64,000 nt of DNA, from the NCBI GenBank assembly GCA_903813345.2, contig CAIIXF020000001.1:24428001-24492000 (forward strand), in the 5' to 3' direction. The notes beneath the pieces are model-generated. The model did no database searches and was not told the DNA's origin. It was given only the letters and a program-made list of their open reading frames with translations. The position numbers and the translations under genes are program-made. Each line of letters begins with the position of its first letter. Within the stretch, counting starts at the first letter, position 1. Below are positions 12,838-25,432 of this stretch, piece by piece. The stretch is from Owenia fusiformis (Eukaryota).

Positions 12838-13334
12838 ACTCTGCTGGATGGCATTATTGAACAACTCTGCACGGTTAAGTAAGAGCAGGGAAACCCCCAG
12901 AGTTTTAGCGTTGGCAGACATATAACGTCTCTTGCGTACCACCTTCGTTTGCGCACATTCTCACCGGTTAGTTTTTGAATATAACACGTCGTTGTGATGT
13001 TTGAATTGATGTGAGCATATTCCTTACATCTTTCAATTTATTGATGTGAAACATCATTTTTTGAATCCGCCATTTTTGTTTGTCGATTTGGACCAACCAG
13101 GACGATGGGTCGTGTCGATACAGATCTACATTATAGACGTACGTCATCTTTAAACCCGTGGTTCCCCCCTCTTGGGTTAAGTATACATGAATGTCTATTA
13201 GGGAGTGGCATAATCACATTGATACAAGCATTTTCTAGTTCTTTTGTATTTCATTGTAGGGATAAGAGACCCCGAGCCAATCCTTTTACTCTCTTCATAC
13301 TTTTTAGAACTGTATTCCTGCATGTGCTGTGTAA

Positions 13335-13886
13335 CCCTACTATCACACCAAACTAGTTCTCACTACGTTCTCGAAAACGGGCTTCAACTGTGTACGAACG
13401 GACTGGACGTACTTAGAACCGGTTGGGGTATATTTACAAACTTCATAGAACGTACTCGAACGAGTAGGTCCTCTAGATTGACACCAAGCAAGTTGCCAAT
13501 ACGTTCTTCAAAACTGGTTTTAAACTGTGTGCGAACGGAATGAACGTAGCTACAATGTTCTACGGTCTGTTTACGCATGGACTTTCCCGGACAGGGAATG
13601 TGATTTAGAATTTTGAATCGATTCAAAATTCGATGGCGACCATGCCGTTCTGTAATCAGGTCATGATGACCTTCTAGACTAATGGACGCATTATACGACG
13701 TTGCACACTGACGTGGTGCGACCTGAACGAACTGCGAATGAGATGGACGTATTGAAGACTGTTTATGAACGAAGTAGCTAATTATTTTAGACATATTTCC
13801 CGGCCACAGCCAGATTGAGCCCGTTTTACGACGTTTTCGTAGGACTGGCAAGAACGGGTAAGAACTAGTTTGGTGTGATAGGGGGG
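13335..13886. mobile_element. PIF/Harbinger-type MITE, 552 bp
   Basis: 26-bp TIR CCC(TA/CC)CTATCACACCAAACTAGTTCT. TAA TSD at 13332-34 and 13887-89. CpG-rich interior. Confidence 0.8.
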
Positions 13887-16068
13887 TAACACACATTACC
13901 TGCAATTTGTTGCAATATTCCTCCATTTTTTCAAAAATTGAATATCAATACTGAAACTCTTTTGGTGATATTTAAAAAACAAATGAATTTGAGTGTTAGA
14001 AAAAGTCCAATGAACATGTGTTCTAAATTTCATGGAAAATGAATAGACATGAGTGACACTAGGGAATTTTGAAGTTCGCGACTACATTTCCTATGGGATA
14101 CATAAGTGATATGTCATTAAAGTCAAGTTACGGTACAACTACTTCAGTTTTTCTAGGCCTTACATTTATTTAAGTTGCAGCTATTGTAGCAGTTCCTTGT
14201 GGATATGATATAACATACTGTAGAATATGAATGTCACATTATATCGCACTCTCACCATGGGACATATGGTTTTAATAATGGCTATTTTTATAATGAATAA
14301 TTGATTATTTACATATTCGATATACTTAAAATAGCACCTTTCTGATGTGTTGCTTCACTCGAATAGTTGTGCTATATACATAGGTTTGATTACAAAATTA
14401 CCCCCCCCCCCGATCGGTATTTACCAATTGATTTACCTCAATGCTACTTACATGACTTATTGGAGTTATGTCAGGTTCTCAATGAATGTTAGTACTGTTA
14501 ATGAAATTAAGTATCAGTCATAACAACTGAAGGGTATTACTCTTGTGTACAGGGTAGTCCAATGATTGAGAAATAGTGAACTGAACAGAATGCAAAACTG
14601 ATATTAAAACTAAATCATTTAGAATAGACGCAAACGCAAATGAAGGAAGTGGTGGATATCTCTGTGGATTTTTAATCAATGAATTGGATATTTAACATGC
14701 AATATTTTCAATTTTGTTTTCCCTGTATTTTTCTAGTATTGTGGTATAAAATGGTATTATCAGTGAACACATGCAGAATATAGTACCATGTTTGAAACAC
14801 GAACGATGTCATCAGTCTTCATAATTATGAGACAAGGCATCTTCAAATTTATAAGGACAGATTTAAAACCTTGTCTGATCAATCACTTAGCTAAATGATT
14901 GATGAGGCCTGAATAATAAAAACATAGCAGCATGGGTGGGCAATGTAGCACAGAAGCATAACTGTATGAAACTAACTTGTGGTATTCCTGTTTTTCATAA
15001 CTCCTGTCTAATTTGTAGTAAGTTCCCCATGGCATAAGGTTGAAAAATCCACATAAAGTTGAAAAGTCTACATCTGCATAGTCTTTGCGGGTTATTGTTG
15101 TATGGACTGGGTTTATAGCATATGTATATACTAATAGACTTCTCATTCTCATTCAAATCACATGAGAGGAATTCGATTGACTAAATTGAATTCCTTTCCA
15201 GCGTTTCTACTTAGAAACCAATTCATCTCTTAATTTCATAACTTCTTACATCCTTCATGATGAAGAAGTATTAGTTAACGGGATAATGATGTATGATACA
15301 TGAACCTATTCAATATCCTGCATGATTCCAAGAGAAAATAAAATATTCCTGTTTTCTGACATTAAGATATCCAGATAGACACATGGATCTTAATTTCGTA
15401 TTTTTATATCAGTTTAATGTGATTCAATCTTCCCATGGGGCTACCTAATTTTTCATGAAAACTTTTCAGAAATGGTCAAACAAAAACAACCATGTAATGA
15501 GGTACCATATATTTTCATGATTAGTGTCTACTGTACTATTACTTTTATGTGTAGGCCTAATCCATAAAACTATTTACAATACGGGAATAATTTTGCGATA
15601 TAGTAACAAATAACAATTTGCTGGACAATTAGCAGTGACATTAAACATGAAAGAAACATGGTTTTAATAGTGGCAGTAGCCAGTCCTAGCAGATAACAAC
15701 ATTTCCATGTTACTTTAACGGAGCCTACGTTTATTGTCATTTTAGATGAAACGAATGCCTTTGAATTGAAATAATCCCATAATCTTTGCAGCTTTACTGC
15801 AGTTTATGTGTCTTTAATGATGTAGAAACAGTCATACGAATACTAATGCAGAGAACTATTCCTCTTAAATGTTTACAGCATTTTTTATGTCCAATAGGGC
15901 ATTCCACGAATGGTTATGGCTGTTCCGTTTTAAGTACTGTGCGAATGTACTCAAGTTTGGATTGGCACAATTATATTTTATTATATTTTTGCCTGTAAAA
16001 TATTACCCTTGTGAATATAACAAGTGACATGTTCACCCCAGGTTAAGACTTAAGCACAGGTTAATTAA

Positions 16069-16504
16069 CCCTTAATTGTTTTTGTTTTTTACACCTTCTA
16101 AAGGTTTTTGGCCTCCCTCCGGACACCAAACATATCTTTTGCAATAACTCTACAACCAGAGAAGCTTTTTCATTCTGGTTTCAGTTTAAATAGGTTATTC
16201 AATTACCTTTAATAATATATATGCATTATTTATCTTATGAAATGCAAGGAAATGTGAGTAAACCTAATCACAAAGGGTCAGGTATCTTAGCATTTTGTAG
16301 CATTTCGTAGAATTTATATATAATTTTAATATGATTTTGGTGACTGATAGTGATGTTTTTTTACCTCAGTTACCATGCGATTTCAATCTGGTTTGTTTTA
16401 TTGGAAAGAAAATGAATTAATTTTATGTAGGTAGAATAATTATTTCTGTTACAATTATCGCGAAGAATGTGCTCTGGGGTCCAAAAACCAAAAACCATTT
16501 AGGG
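16069..16504. mobile_element. piggyBac-type MITE, 436 bp
   Basis: TTAA-CCCT...AGGG-TTAA ends. Imperfect ~27-bp TIR: CCCTTAATTGTTTTTGTTTTTTACACC vs CCCTAAATGGTTTTTGGTTTTTGGACC. Confidence 0.7.
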
Positions 16505-18839
16505 TTAAATGTTCATGATCAGTTCTTTAAACGCTTCCTCTGATCTGGGTTGCCACTTGGCTCATTACATAATCAGGAGTCAAACATATTAAGATAACAT
16601 AACTGTAAAATGGGTAGGAAAATTATGATTATGTGGTGTCATATTATATTAGATTTATAATAACAAAGATTTACCATAGGTGCCTTTATGTCTATAGTAA
16701 TCAGAAAACTAATACTCAAAGATGATGATGATTACCTTGCTTAAGTCTATCGTCATCAAAAGGACCTGTTATATCCGCATGCATGATTGATTGTTGAAAC
16801 GTTGACAAAGCATTGCGTCCCATACTGAGCTGAAAAGGCGATTATTATAACGAAGAATAATCTATGTACAAGCCATGGTTGGCGGAATGGGAATCATTTA
16901 AAACGGTGTTTATTTACACGTGCTCATCATTGGTTAGGATGTGTTTCTGTTTTCGGTTCATGTCTGTCCGATATCTTTCTACTTAATGCCCAATCTTACT
17001 ATTTTTCCACCTCCGAATTGATTTGGCGCGTATTGGAAACCGTTTAATTTGTTCTTCAACATGCGTTATATTGACTTCAGTACGAATTAATGGAAGTATA
17101 AAGTATTATTTTGCGTATTAGTAATCATGGGTCTGTGCGTTGGGACTTGTTTTCACACTTAGATGTTTCTTTTTTCTCGCCCTGCCTAGAAATGCTCTTT
17201 GTTCTTTCCACTTAAGGCACACGCACGTTCTAACACATTTCTTTAATTTACTGTTACTGTGCTTACCTTAGCGTATTTCATATTGTAATAGCTACGTTTT
17301 GACTCATTTACAATTTGAATAAGATGGTATGTATGTTATTTATTTTAGCAGCTGTCTGAAATTGTTTGAATTTGCAAATATGTATGATACTTGCAAACAC
17401 TTGCTATACATTGTATGAATTATGCTTGTATGTTTTGCATGATACTGAAATTCTTATTATCTCTCCCTATATCGTAGAGAATGTATAACTTCAAAGACTT
17501 GTTGGTTATAATACAATGTTTGCTTAAATGTCATACTCGCTCATACAAAACATACATTTCTGTTATTTTCTGTTAGCATGATTTATTTTGGTTTTGTCAG
17601 AGATAACAGCCTCGATTTATCATCTCCACGGGCATCAACTCACATTCTATTTTATTAGGTCCCTAGGATTGTTGATTAACTTCGGTATGGGTAAAGTAAG
17701 AAATGTGTTCTGGTTTTAGAGAAAACAGGATGTACATTGAATGGATAAATGTAAGCATGACCTGAGTAAATGATGATTCTTTGACACTTTGGATAATTTA
17801 CAGATTCGCTTGGTATGAAAAGATAAGCCATACTATTTCTATTTGTGCAATTGTTTATATAAATAAATTACCAGGTACCGTGCAGCTATTTTATTTAGAC
17901 CTCTAATGAACTTTGGTAGATATTATGGATGCAATATCTGTGAAGTGTTCACCTTTTCAGAATTGTACATACATTTATCCGTGGATGTTTATTTTGCATG
18001 TATTCATTTTCTAAGTTCCTTCATGTAGTTTGTTGCGCTATTTAAAGACCAGTAGATGGAAGGGTAACTTTGCATGCTAAATAAAATATACTAGCCTTTG
18101 AAAGATAACTAAACCTTGGCTAGTTTTAATTGGCATCCATAGCAGCGGAGTGAAAGGCATAGAAATATACGCTCCCGACTGTGCAACTGCATCAGTTGCC
18201 AGTAACCCTGCATGTGTATGTGGGATTATCAGGAATTATTGGACGCACTACCTATCGCCATATAATAGCCTATTACTTACCAGTGTAGCAAGAGAGATGC
18301 CTGAAAAGCTCAACCGAGACAATGATTTGTAGTGAAGAAGATTGAAAACGTTTCTGTGGAAAGTGGAAAATGATGAGAATATTGAAGACATTATTGTGTT
18401 TTTTATGTAGAGTGTGTGTCTAGAAAGTAATTTCTTATTCAAGGAAGTAAAACAAACATTCGCGAGGCTTATTCTGCTTGAAAGGATACTTTGTTAATGA
18501 GTCTGGCCTGAAGTGAACAAAGTAGTCGAACAAGACATAACGAAAGCGAGACATCGGTTGGTATTATCAAATAGGATGTTGTTAACTATTTGAAATAGTA
18601 TCTGCATACATATAACAATTAAAGACATAACAAGAAATCAGGTAAATATGCACATATATGTTTTCTCATTGAAGAAATATTTTGATTAAAGTGCTAATGG
18701 CTATTGGTTACACTTCATTTATTCCTATTTGACTGTGGGTTGTATTGGCTTATTCAAAGTTATTTGGGTCTATTGAGTATCAAGTATTGTTCATTGTACT
18801 TTGTCATTGAAAAGTTGGATACGTTGTTAATGGTATTTC

Positions 18840-19738
18840 AAAGGATTGGTATCGATATGGCGAACTGAATCGAACACATACATGTATATACTTTTCTCTA
18901 TATTGTTTTAGAAAACAAATCACTTCTTTTGTCCTTAGTATCATATGTTCTGTATGAAACGAAACATCTTTCCGAACCTCTGCATTGGAAACGACATGTA
19001 CAATAATAATAGGATTTTATTAGTACTGATGCCCTTTTAGGGCCAAACGTACATCCGATGTACTCAACGTGTTAAGGTCTCTCAACACAGTAATTGTACA
19101 AAGGAAAGTTTGGTTGATTTTAAAAAGTATCTTGTTAAAGAAATAAAAGGCTAACTTTAATTATTATCTATTTGTGGGTTTTTTGTTTTAATTTTTTTAA
19201 TACCTTTTGTTAAATCAACCAAGATTTTTTATAATATTGAGAGAAAATGTTGTATATGCTATTTTGTTCCAACAAGGTTCGGAAAGATATGTTATTTCAT
19301 TCTCAAGAATTGGTAGAAAGGAACAAAAAACAATTGCACTGAAAATCAAAAATGCTAACAAAAACTAATAAAAAATATATTAAAATAATGTGTATTTTCA
19401 ATTGTAAATTGTTTAAAGATGGCGTGGGTGGTATTTACCACGTGGTCATCTTTGTTTTCTGATTACTGCAGACTTCTTGTTATCTGTCTGCAACAGATGT
19501 GGGCACTTTAGTCTCAGCTTTTTTTATATTTTGCGCAATAAAATATATATTACACAACGTATGTCAGGTGTTTTGTGGTGTTTTAGGTTCAACCACATAA
19601 TGAATTTAATTTCACATTAAATTGTTGTCAATCAATGACCATTATATAAATGACCGTGTTTTTACAGAATGTTTTCATTAACTGGTTTGAGATAAAAAGA
19701 ATGTTAAATTCAGTTCACCATATCGATACAAATCCTTT
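18840..19738. mobile_element. Non-autonomous TIR element (family A, member 1)
   Basis: ~30-bp TIR AAAGGATTGGTATCGATATGG(C/T)GAACTGAAT. Homologous in inverted orientation to 21986-22707. Superfamily unresolved. Confidence 0.75.
19391..19597 (+). mobile_element. Solo LTR, 207 bp
   Basis: TGT...ACA termini. 5-bp TSD TAATG at 19386-90 and 19598-602. Internal AATAAA near 19537. Absent from the sibling element at 21986-22707. Confidence 0.72.
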
Positions 19739-19922
19739 ATTTGTTTTCGTATCTTATTTCTTTAAAAAGCCAGAGTTTTTAACTGACTCTTTAAAGTGGA
19801 TACTAGACTACTAGTACAAAGGTATTTTCCGATATAGACGGTGAATGGGACACACCCAATACAGACTACTTTTGCTTCATTGCTTCATTTGTATAATTTA
19901 TATGATAGAAAGGTTTATTTAA

Positions 19923-20053
19923 AGTAGTTATTCACCTGGAGGGATTTGATATTGGGAATATCACAAGGACGATATCAATATATCCCGAGGGAACGCGCCA
20001 GTGGCAATATCGATATCATCCGAGGGATATTACCCATGCAGATGAATAACGAC
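19923..20053. repeat. Imperfect hairpin end of a Crypton-like non-autonomous element
   Basis: gtagttattcacc...gatgaataacgac and ggaatatcacaaggacgatatcaatat...atatcgatatcatccgagggatattacc form nested inverted arms. A cccg-rich body follows to ~20410. Confidence 0.5.
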
Positions 20054-21985
20054 CTAATATCATGGTCAAGAACAATATTTACCTCAAAAATGATCTGATG
20101 GATGGGATAACTATAAATCAATTTTTGAATTATTCACGTTACATGTATTTCATTTATATAACTGGTAAACATAAAACTGATGACTAGAAATGACATTTAA
20201 CACTAGAAGTCCTTCTGTTAGTCATTGTCCATTTCCCTCAGAGAGTTCTATACGCAATGAATGCATTTCCCGGGTATTTATACTCGGAATTAGCGGGATG
20301 ATATGGAAATCAAACCCAATGTCATCCTAATTCAAATATCATCCCGATCCCAAATACGTGATTTATCACTTGCTGTTATATTCCTGATATTGCTTTGACT
20401 GATATAAAGAATGAGACATACTCATTATCAGTTATTTTACCAATTCAATCAATGAACAGATGAGGCAAACATGACAAAAAATAGAAAACAACAATTTAAA
20501 AATGTATTCATAGAACTAACGTTTGTATTTAAAATATATCTATGAATTGATTAATAATACTTTATCAACCTATAAGGCCATGATTATTGATCAGTATTGC
20601 AATCAACTATATACTTATACATCTCTACTCAGATTCTGGTTGGTGAATTTGGTTTGGGATAATGCCTTATTATATTGGCAAGGGGCCGCTGGTTAATAAC
20701 GCTCAATTTACGACGAACACAAATTGTCTTCAAATTCCCAGATTTGTGTTAATTTTGCTTTAATACTCTTGAATGGATCTGCACAGATCTTGGTATATTG
20801 TGCTTGAAATGTGTTTGAGACCCACCTTTGGCAACTCTGTGTTATCTCACAAAGGTATATACCTCATCTCTCTCACAATCTCTCATAACCTATATGGTAT
20901 CTGATAAGCAAAATTTAGCAGATGTTCACAGTAAAATTAAACTTTTCTCATAAAAGCTACACAATAACACAAGGCAGGTAAAACGACATTGTTATTACAC
21001 GTAGTATCGTCTTGAGGTCTCAATGTCCGTTATGTCGACAATGATCAATCAGTAATATGTTAAAGATGCATTATACCCCATAGGTTTCTCCCCCAGACAA
21101 TCAATGATGTCCTATTGTTATTGCTCATATAATATCTCACATTCCATGGATATATCTTGAGAATAACATTTGGGTATATTATTGCCGAAATATCGGAAAT
21201 AATCAGCAGAACAACTAAACTCCAGAATTAAACACAATCGATTCTTCGGCTAGCGAGGGGAATCCTCATTGAGTCACACAAGCGCCTTGAACCAGGCAGC
21301 CAATCAGGTTTATGATAAACAAATTCAACGACCAATCAGATATTAGGAGGATTTTCCCGGTATATTCAAACTTCAGATTGAATTAATTTCTTCGAAAATA
21401 ATTAGATCGGCCAGCACAATCGCAAAATTAACACTGAAAGAGGGGGATTTGGGACTTCTTCTTTGGTAAGTAGATGGGTATATATGTGGTGAAACTCAAT
21501 ATGCAAAAAGTCCAGAGGGGTCTTGATTGTGCTAGCCTATTGCATAGAGACTCTTTAATGAAATTAGTACACAATTACCTAAATGCTCGAGAGCTAAAGT
21601 GTATCACATTACAGTCCATCTGATATCCAACCCGAAATAGCTTAATCATGCAAATCTTTGTATTTTAGTAATTTATTGTTTTGTTCACAGTTTTTATATT
21701 ATTATTAATTGTTATTGCAATAACTTTCCTGTCTATGTCAATACATAGTAGCTTTGTTTTGCAACCTTTTGATATAATTATCAGATCCATTAGTTTCGAT
21801 CAACATAACGTTTCTAGTCTAACAAACTATTTTCTAAATGGCACTCGCATGATTCAGCAGAGATTATTGATAATTATTCAAATAGGTAAATTCGTTTTAT
21901 AATGAAAAATAAAAATTGAAGGTAATAGTGTCCTTGGTTTTAATTTAGTCAATGCAGAACTATTCTAGCAGTAGTGGCATTTCAC

Positions 21986-22707
21986 AAAGGAGTGGTATCG
22001 ATATGGAGAACTGAATTCAACAATGTTTTTCTCTTAAACCAATCATTGAAAACATTCTGTAAAAAACACGGTATTTTATGTAAGGTTGACTGATTGACAA
22101 CAATTTAATGCGAAGATTATTATATAACTGTTTTTGTTAACATTTTTTGTTTTTTAGTGCAATTGTTTTTGCTCCTTTCTACCCAATTCTTGAGAATGAA
22201 ATAAAATGTCTTTCCGAACCTTGTTGGAACAAGCATATACAACATGTTTTAGACCTCTCAATATTATAGTTATACAAAGGATTTTTTTTAAAAGTATTCA
22301 AAAAATTGAAACAAAATCCCCCCAAAATAGATAAAAATTAAGATAAACCTTTTATTTCATTAACAAGATGCTTTTTTAAAATCAACCAAAATTGTCTTTG
22401 TACAATTACAATATTGAGAGACCTAAACATGTTGAGTTTATGTCGTTTTGTTCCAATGAGGTTCGGAAAGATGTTTCATTTCACTCTGGAAACATGATAT
22501 CAAGAACAAAACAAATGTTTGAAGTGTTTTCTAAAACAATAGAGCCTAGGTGAAAGTGTGTATATATTTTTCAAATTATATTGTTACCATTTAAAAGATG
22601 ACCATTAAATTCTGAAATTGACGATGTGTTAAATTTTTAGATTTTTTTATGACTAGTTTAAGAGAAACGTGTGTTCAAAAGGTTCTCAATATCGATACCA
22701 CTCTTTT
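21986..22707. mobile_element. Non-autonomous TIR element (family A, member 2, inverted)
   Basis: AAAGGAGTGGTATCGATATGGAGAAC...GTTCTCAATATCGATACCACTCTTTT. The interior matches the reverse complement of 18840-19738 without the solo LTR. Confidence 0.75.
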
Positions 22708-24164
22708 CCCCATTTTACACATAATGTGCAGGGAATTAATTTACCACTTTTAACAAATTGTCTAAAACACTCGAAAATGATTGTATTCGTGTAATATATT
22801 CAAACTTTTAGTAGATTTTAAGATAAACTGCTGAGATGTCTTAAATGGCCTAGGTTTTATAGATTTTGAATAAGTTATAAACAAGTATTTATAAACACGC
22901 TATAAGTGAGATACGAAATCACTCAAATGTTATAAATAAAGTCTTTGCAAGTATTTTTGTTTACCATGATGTCAAAATAAATAAAAAATCAGAAACGTAC
23001 ATATCTAGAATTGATTTGATATAGATGATGAGCAAAGAATGAAATTTAAGCATATGCAAAATAACCGAATAACTGACTGACGTCAGATATAGATATATGT
23101 ATTCTATATCATTCTGTTATAAAAGTTCACATAGCATGTATTTAATTAGTACATAATTCTCCACCCTTCTATGATAGACATTACAGAATAACCTTTGAAT
23201 AGGTTGAACCTTATGGGTTAAACTCTCAAATACTCTCAAAAACTCAAATATAAAAAATGCTCTCAAATACTGCCACTCGTATCCATATGTTACACGTCAA
23301 TTAACTCATGGTTGAATTCTGTTAATTTAAGCCATGTCTAAATTCCGATACAGTTGACAAATGAGGGTTAAAAGAATGATACTAATTAATGTCCGGTGTT
23401 TCAATATACCAAAAGACAAGAGATCCGGAATGTGTCAAAATAATAAAATATTACGGAAGTCTGCCTGGCAAAAACTCTGATTACTTAGGCCTTTCATGAA
23501 CTTTGGCAAATTCTACATTTCAAATCTCAAAGACTTTTTGTGTCGAAGTCCGAACATTTTAATTTTTAAAAAAGGTTGAAATATCACACCGGACTAGCCT
23601 GTCAACGATAAAGTCAGATACTGTTGTCCCAAATGCGGACATAACCGTGCTTTATTGTCCCTAATTCTCTGCAAGTATTAAGCTCTTGTAATGATATATG
23701 ATATGGAATCCCAATTTCGATCAAATGGGATCGTGAATCGCCACGATATAATGTCTTCGATATCGCCAATGACAACGGAATCTGAATTTGAAATAATTTA
23801 CAAAGACAACGGCATATGGTGGATGTATTTCATTGGAACATTGGAACTAGACGTATGAGTTTTGTTAACTTTTATTTGTAAAAAATAATGATTCCCCTAT
23901 CCCACAGTATTATACCCCCTCTCTTTTCAAGGAATGGAAGTTTTGGAATTGTTATAGAGAGTCACAGAGTAGTACATCATATTTCCTCCAAGCCTTCTTA
24001 AGTTCTAAATGCAAATGTGGCCATGTCTTGTGTATGATAGATCTGGTAGTGAAAGTAGCATCCGTACTACTCTTCCCTGTACGTTTTCGCATTTAAGAAC
24101 TCTAATTTCTGTCTTACTCATTAATTATTAGAATGTAAATTGAATTGAGTTCAACTCCAGATTG

Positions 24165-24232
24165 AAGCTGAGTAAGTAGCTGAGTAGATTGCTAAGTAAG
24201 TACATAAGTAGGTAGCTGAGTACATAGCTGAC
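24165..24232 (+). repeat. Degenerate 12-bp minisatellite (agctgagtaagt-like, 5-6 units)
   Basis: agctgagtaagt agctgagtagat tgctaagtaagt acataagtaggt agctgagtacat agctgact. Confidence 0.7.
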
Positions 24233-24898
24233 TTTACCTCCGACTTAATATTGGAATATCATCATATTGATTTTCGAAATTTCAAAACAATATGAATCTA
24301 AACCGGAATTTTGAGAAACCCCGTAAATTTGAGCTTTTAATTGGTTTTCAGTGTCCAAAGATTTGACCTAGTTCTTGTTGGCAGCATAATCCATCTGCAC
24401 GCAAAAGTCCTCTTCGGAAATCCTTCGGACGCGCCTAAGCTAAACCTTTCTTCCATGTTATATTTCGTGAAGTGGAGAAGCAGCTGAGTAATTTGCTTGT
24501 CCCCTTTTGTACAATCAGCAGAGTCATACTATAAAGATCCAAATGTAGTTATAGTCATATAGTCATAGTCATATTACCCTTGCCAAATATTACCGTTGTC
24601 ATCCCGATTTTACAGCACATTTGACCAACATTTACCGTCGTTATTTATACAGTGTCATATTGTCCCGTATCTTATTTTGATCGGTCATATTCACTGGTAT
24701 TACATACCTAGCGAAGCATTTGTATGGAAGTCAATGGGAAAGTTAGCGAGCTATATCCACCGATATTGCCCGATTACCCCGATATAGCCCGCTTATTACC
24801 TCGTTTTGATATTAGATTTCTTTAATAACCATGATAATATCATGACGTCACGTCATTGATACAAAGTAACCATGGGAACAAAGGCATGTAATACATCA

Positions 24899-25010
24899 GT
24901 TATGTCACTATGACGTGAAATATGCCTTCGTTCTTGCCCAAATATAGAGCCTCCCAAGGTCGGCCTATATTGGGAGAACTCAGGCATATTTCACGTCATA
25001 GTGACATAAC
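24899..25010. repeat. 112-bp hairpin with a perfect 29-bp stem (Crypton-like element end)
   Basis: GTTATGTCACTATGACGTGAAATATGCCT...AGGCATATTTCACGTCATAGTGACATAAC, with further inner pairing. Preceded by a cccgat-rich body from ~24550. Confidence 0.75.
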
Positions 25011-25282
25011 CTCTAAGTACTCACCTATTTACGCTGACGACACGTCAGCGTAACAAGATAGAAGAATTTCCGGGTTTCGTTTTTGGTAAGATCTTTGTAT
25101 TTCTCGATTCTACACCACTTACAAGTTGTTGACAATAATTTGGCTCAAAGTTAAAGAAGATAGTCTAGTTTGAGAATATGCATGCGGTTCTATGTTTGGT
25201 ATATTAACGAAGACGCAGTTCACATATATAGTCCATCGCTCTTGTTACGTTGACGATCTTCGTCAATATTGCCAATGTGACA

Positions 25283-25423
25283 ATGTTAACAGATTCTCAA
25301 ATAGAGCACGATTTTTTTCTAGGTAATTCCAACAATGTCCATGTGAACATTTTCCAACCGGTTAATTTTCTAGGTGAAATTGCCTAGAAAAAATTCGAGC
25401 ACTGCTCGAGAATCTATTAACGT
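25283..25423. mobile_element. Small foldback MITE, ~140 bp
   Basis: atgttaacagattctc...ttttttctagg pairs with cctagaaaaaa...gagaatctattaacgt. Confidence 0.55.
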
Positions 25424-25432
25424 GATTAGATA

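Larger units (their letters stand above)
10942..14101. mobile_element. Old TIR element hosting two younger insertions
   Basis: Imperfect inverted ends: gtaccccattggaaattttgtcgcgaacttcgaatttccc vs the reverse complement gtatcccataggaaatgtagtcgcgaacttcaaaattccc. Similarity extends to ctaacactcaaatt. No TSD identified. Confidence 0.6.

Noticed and set aside
13384-13926. 180-aa minus-strand ORF
   Set aside because: It spans a GC-richer Harbinger MITE and crosses its boundary. No transposase or Myb/SANT motif is present.
24165-24232. CRISPR-like array
   Set aside because: The 12-bp degenerate units are contiguous with no spacers, and the context is eukaryotic.
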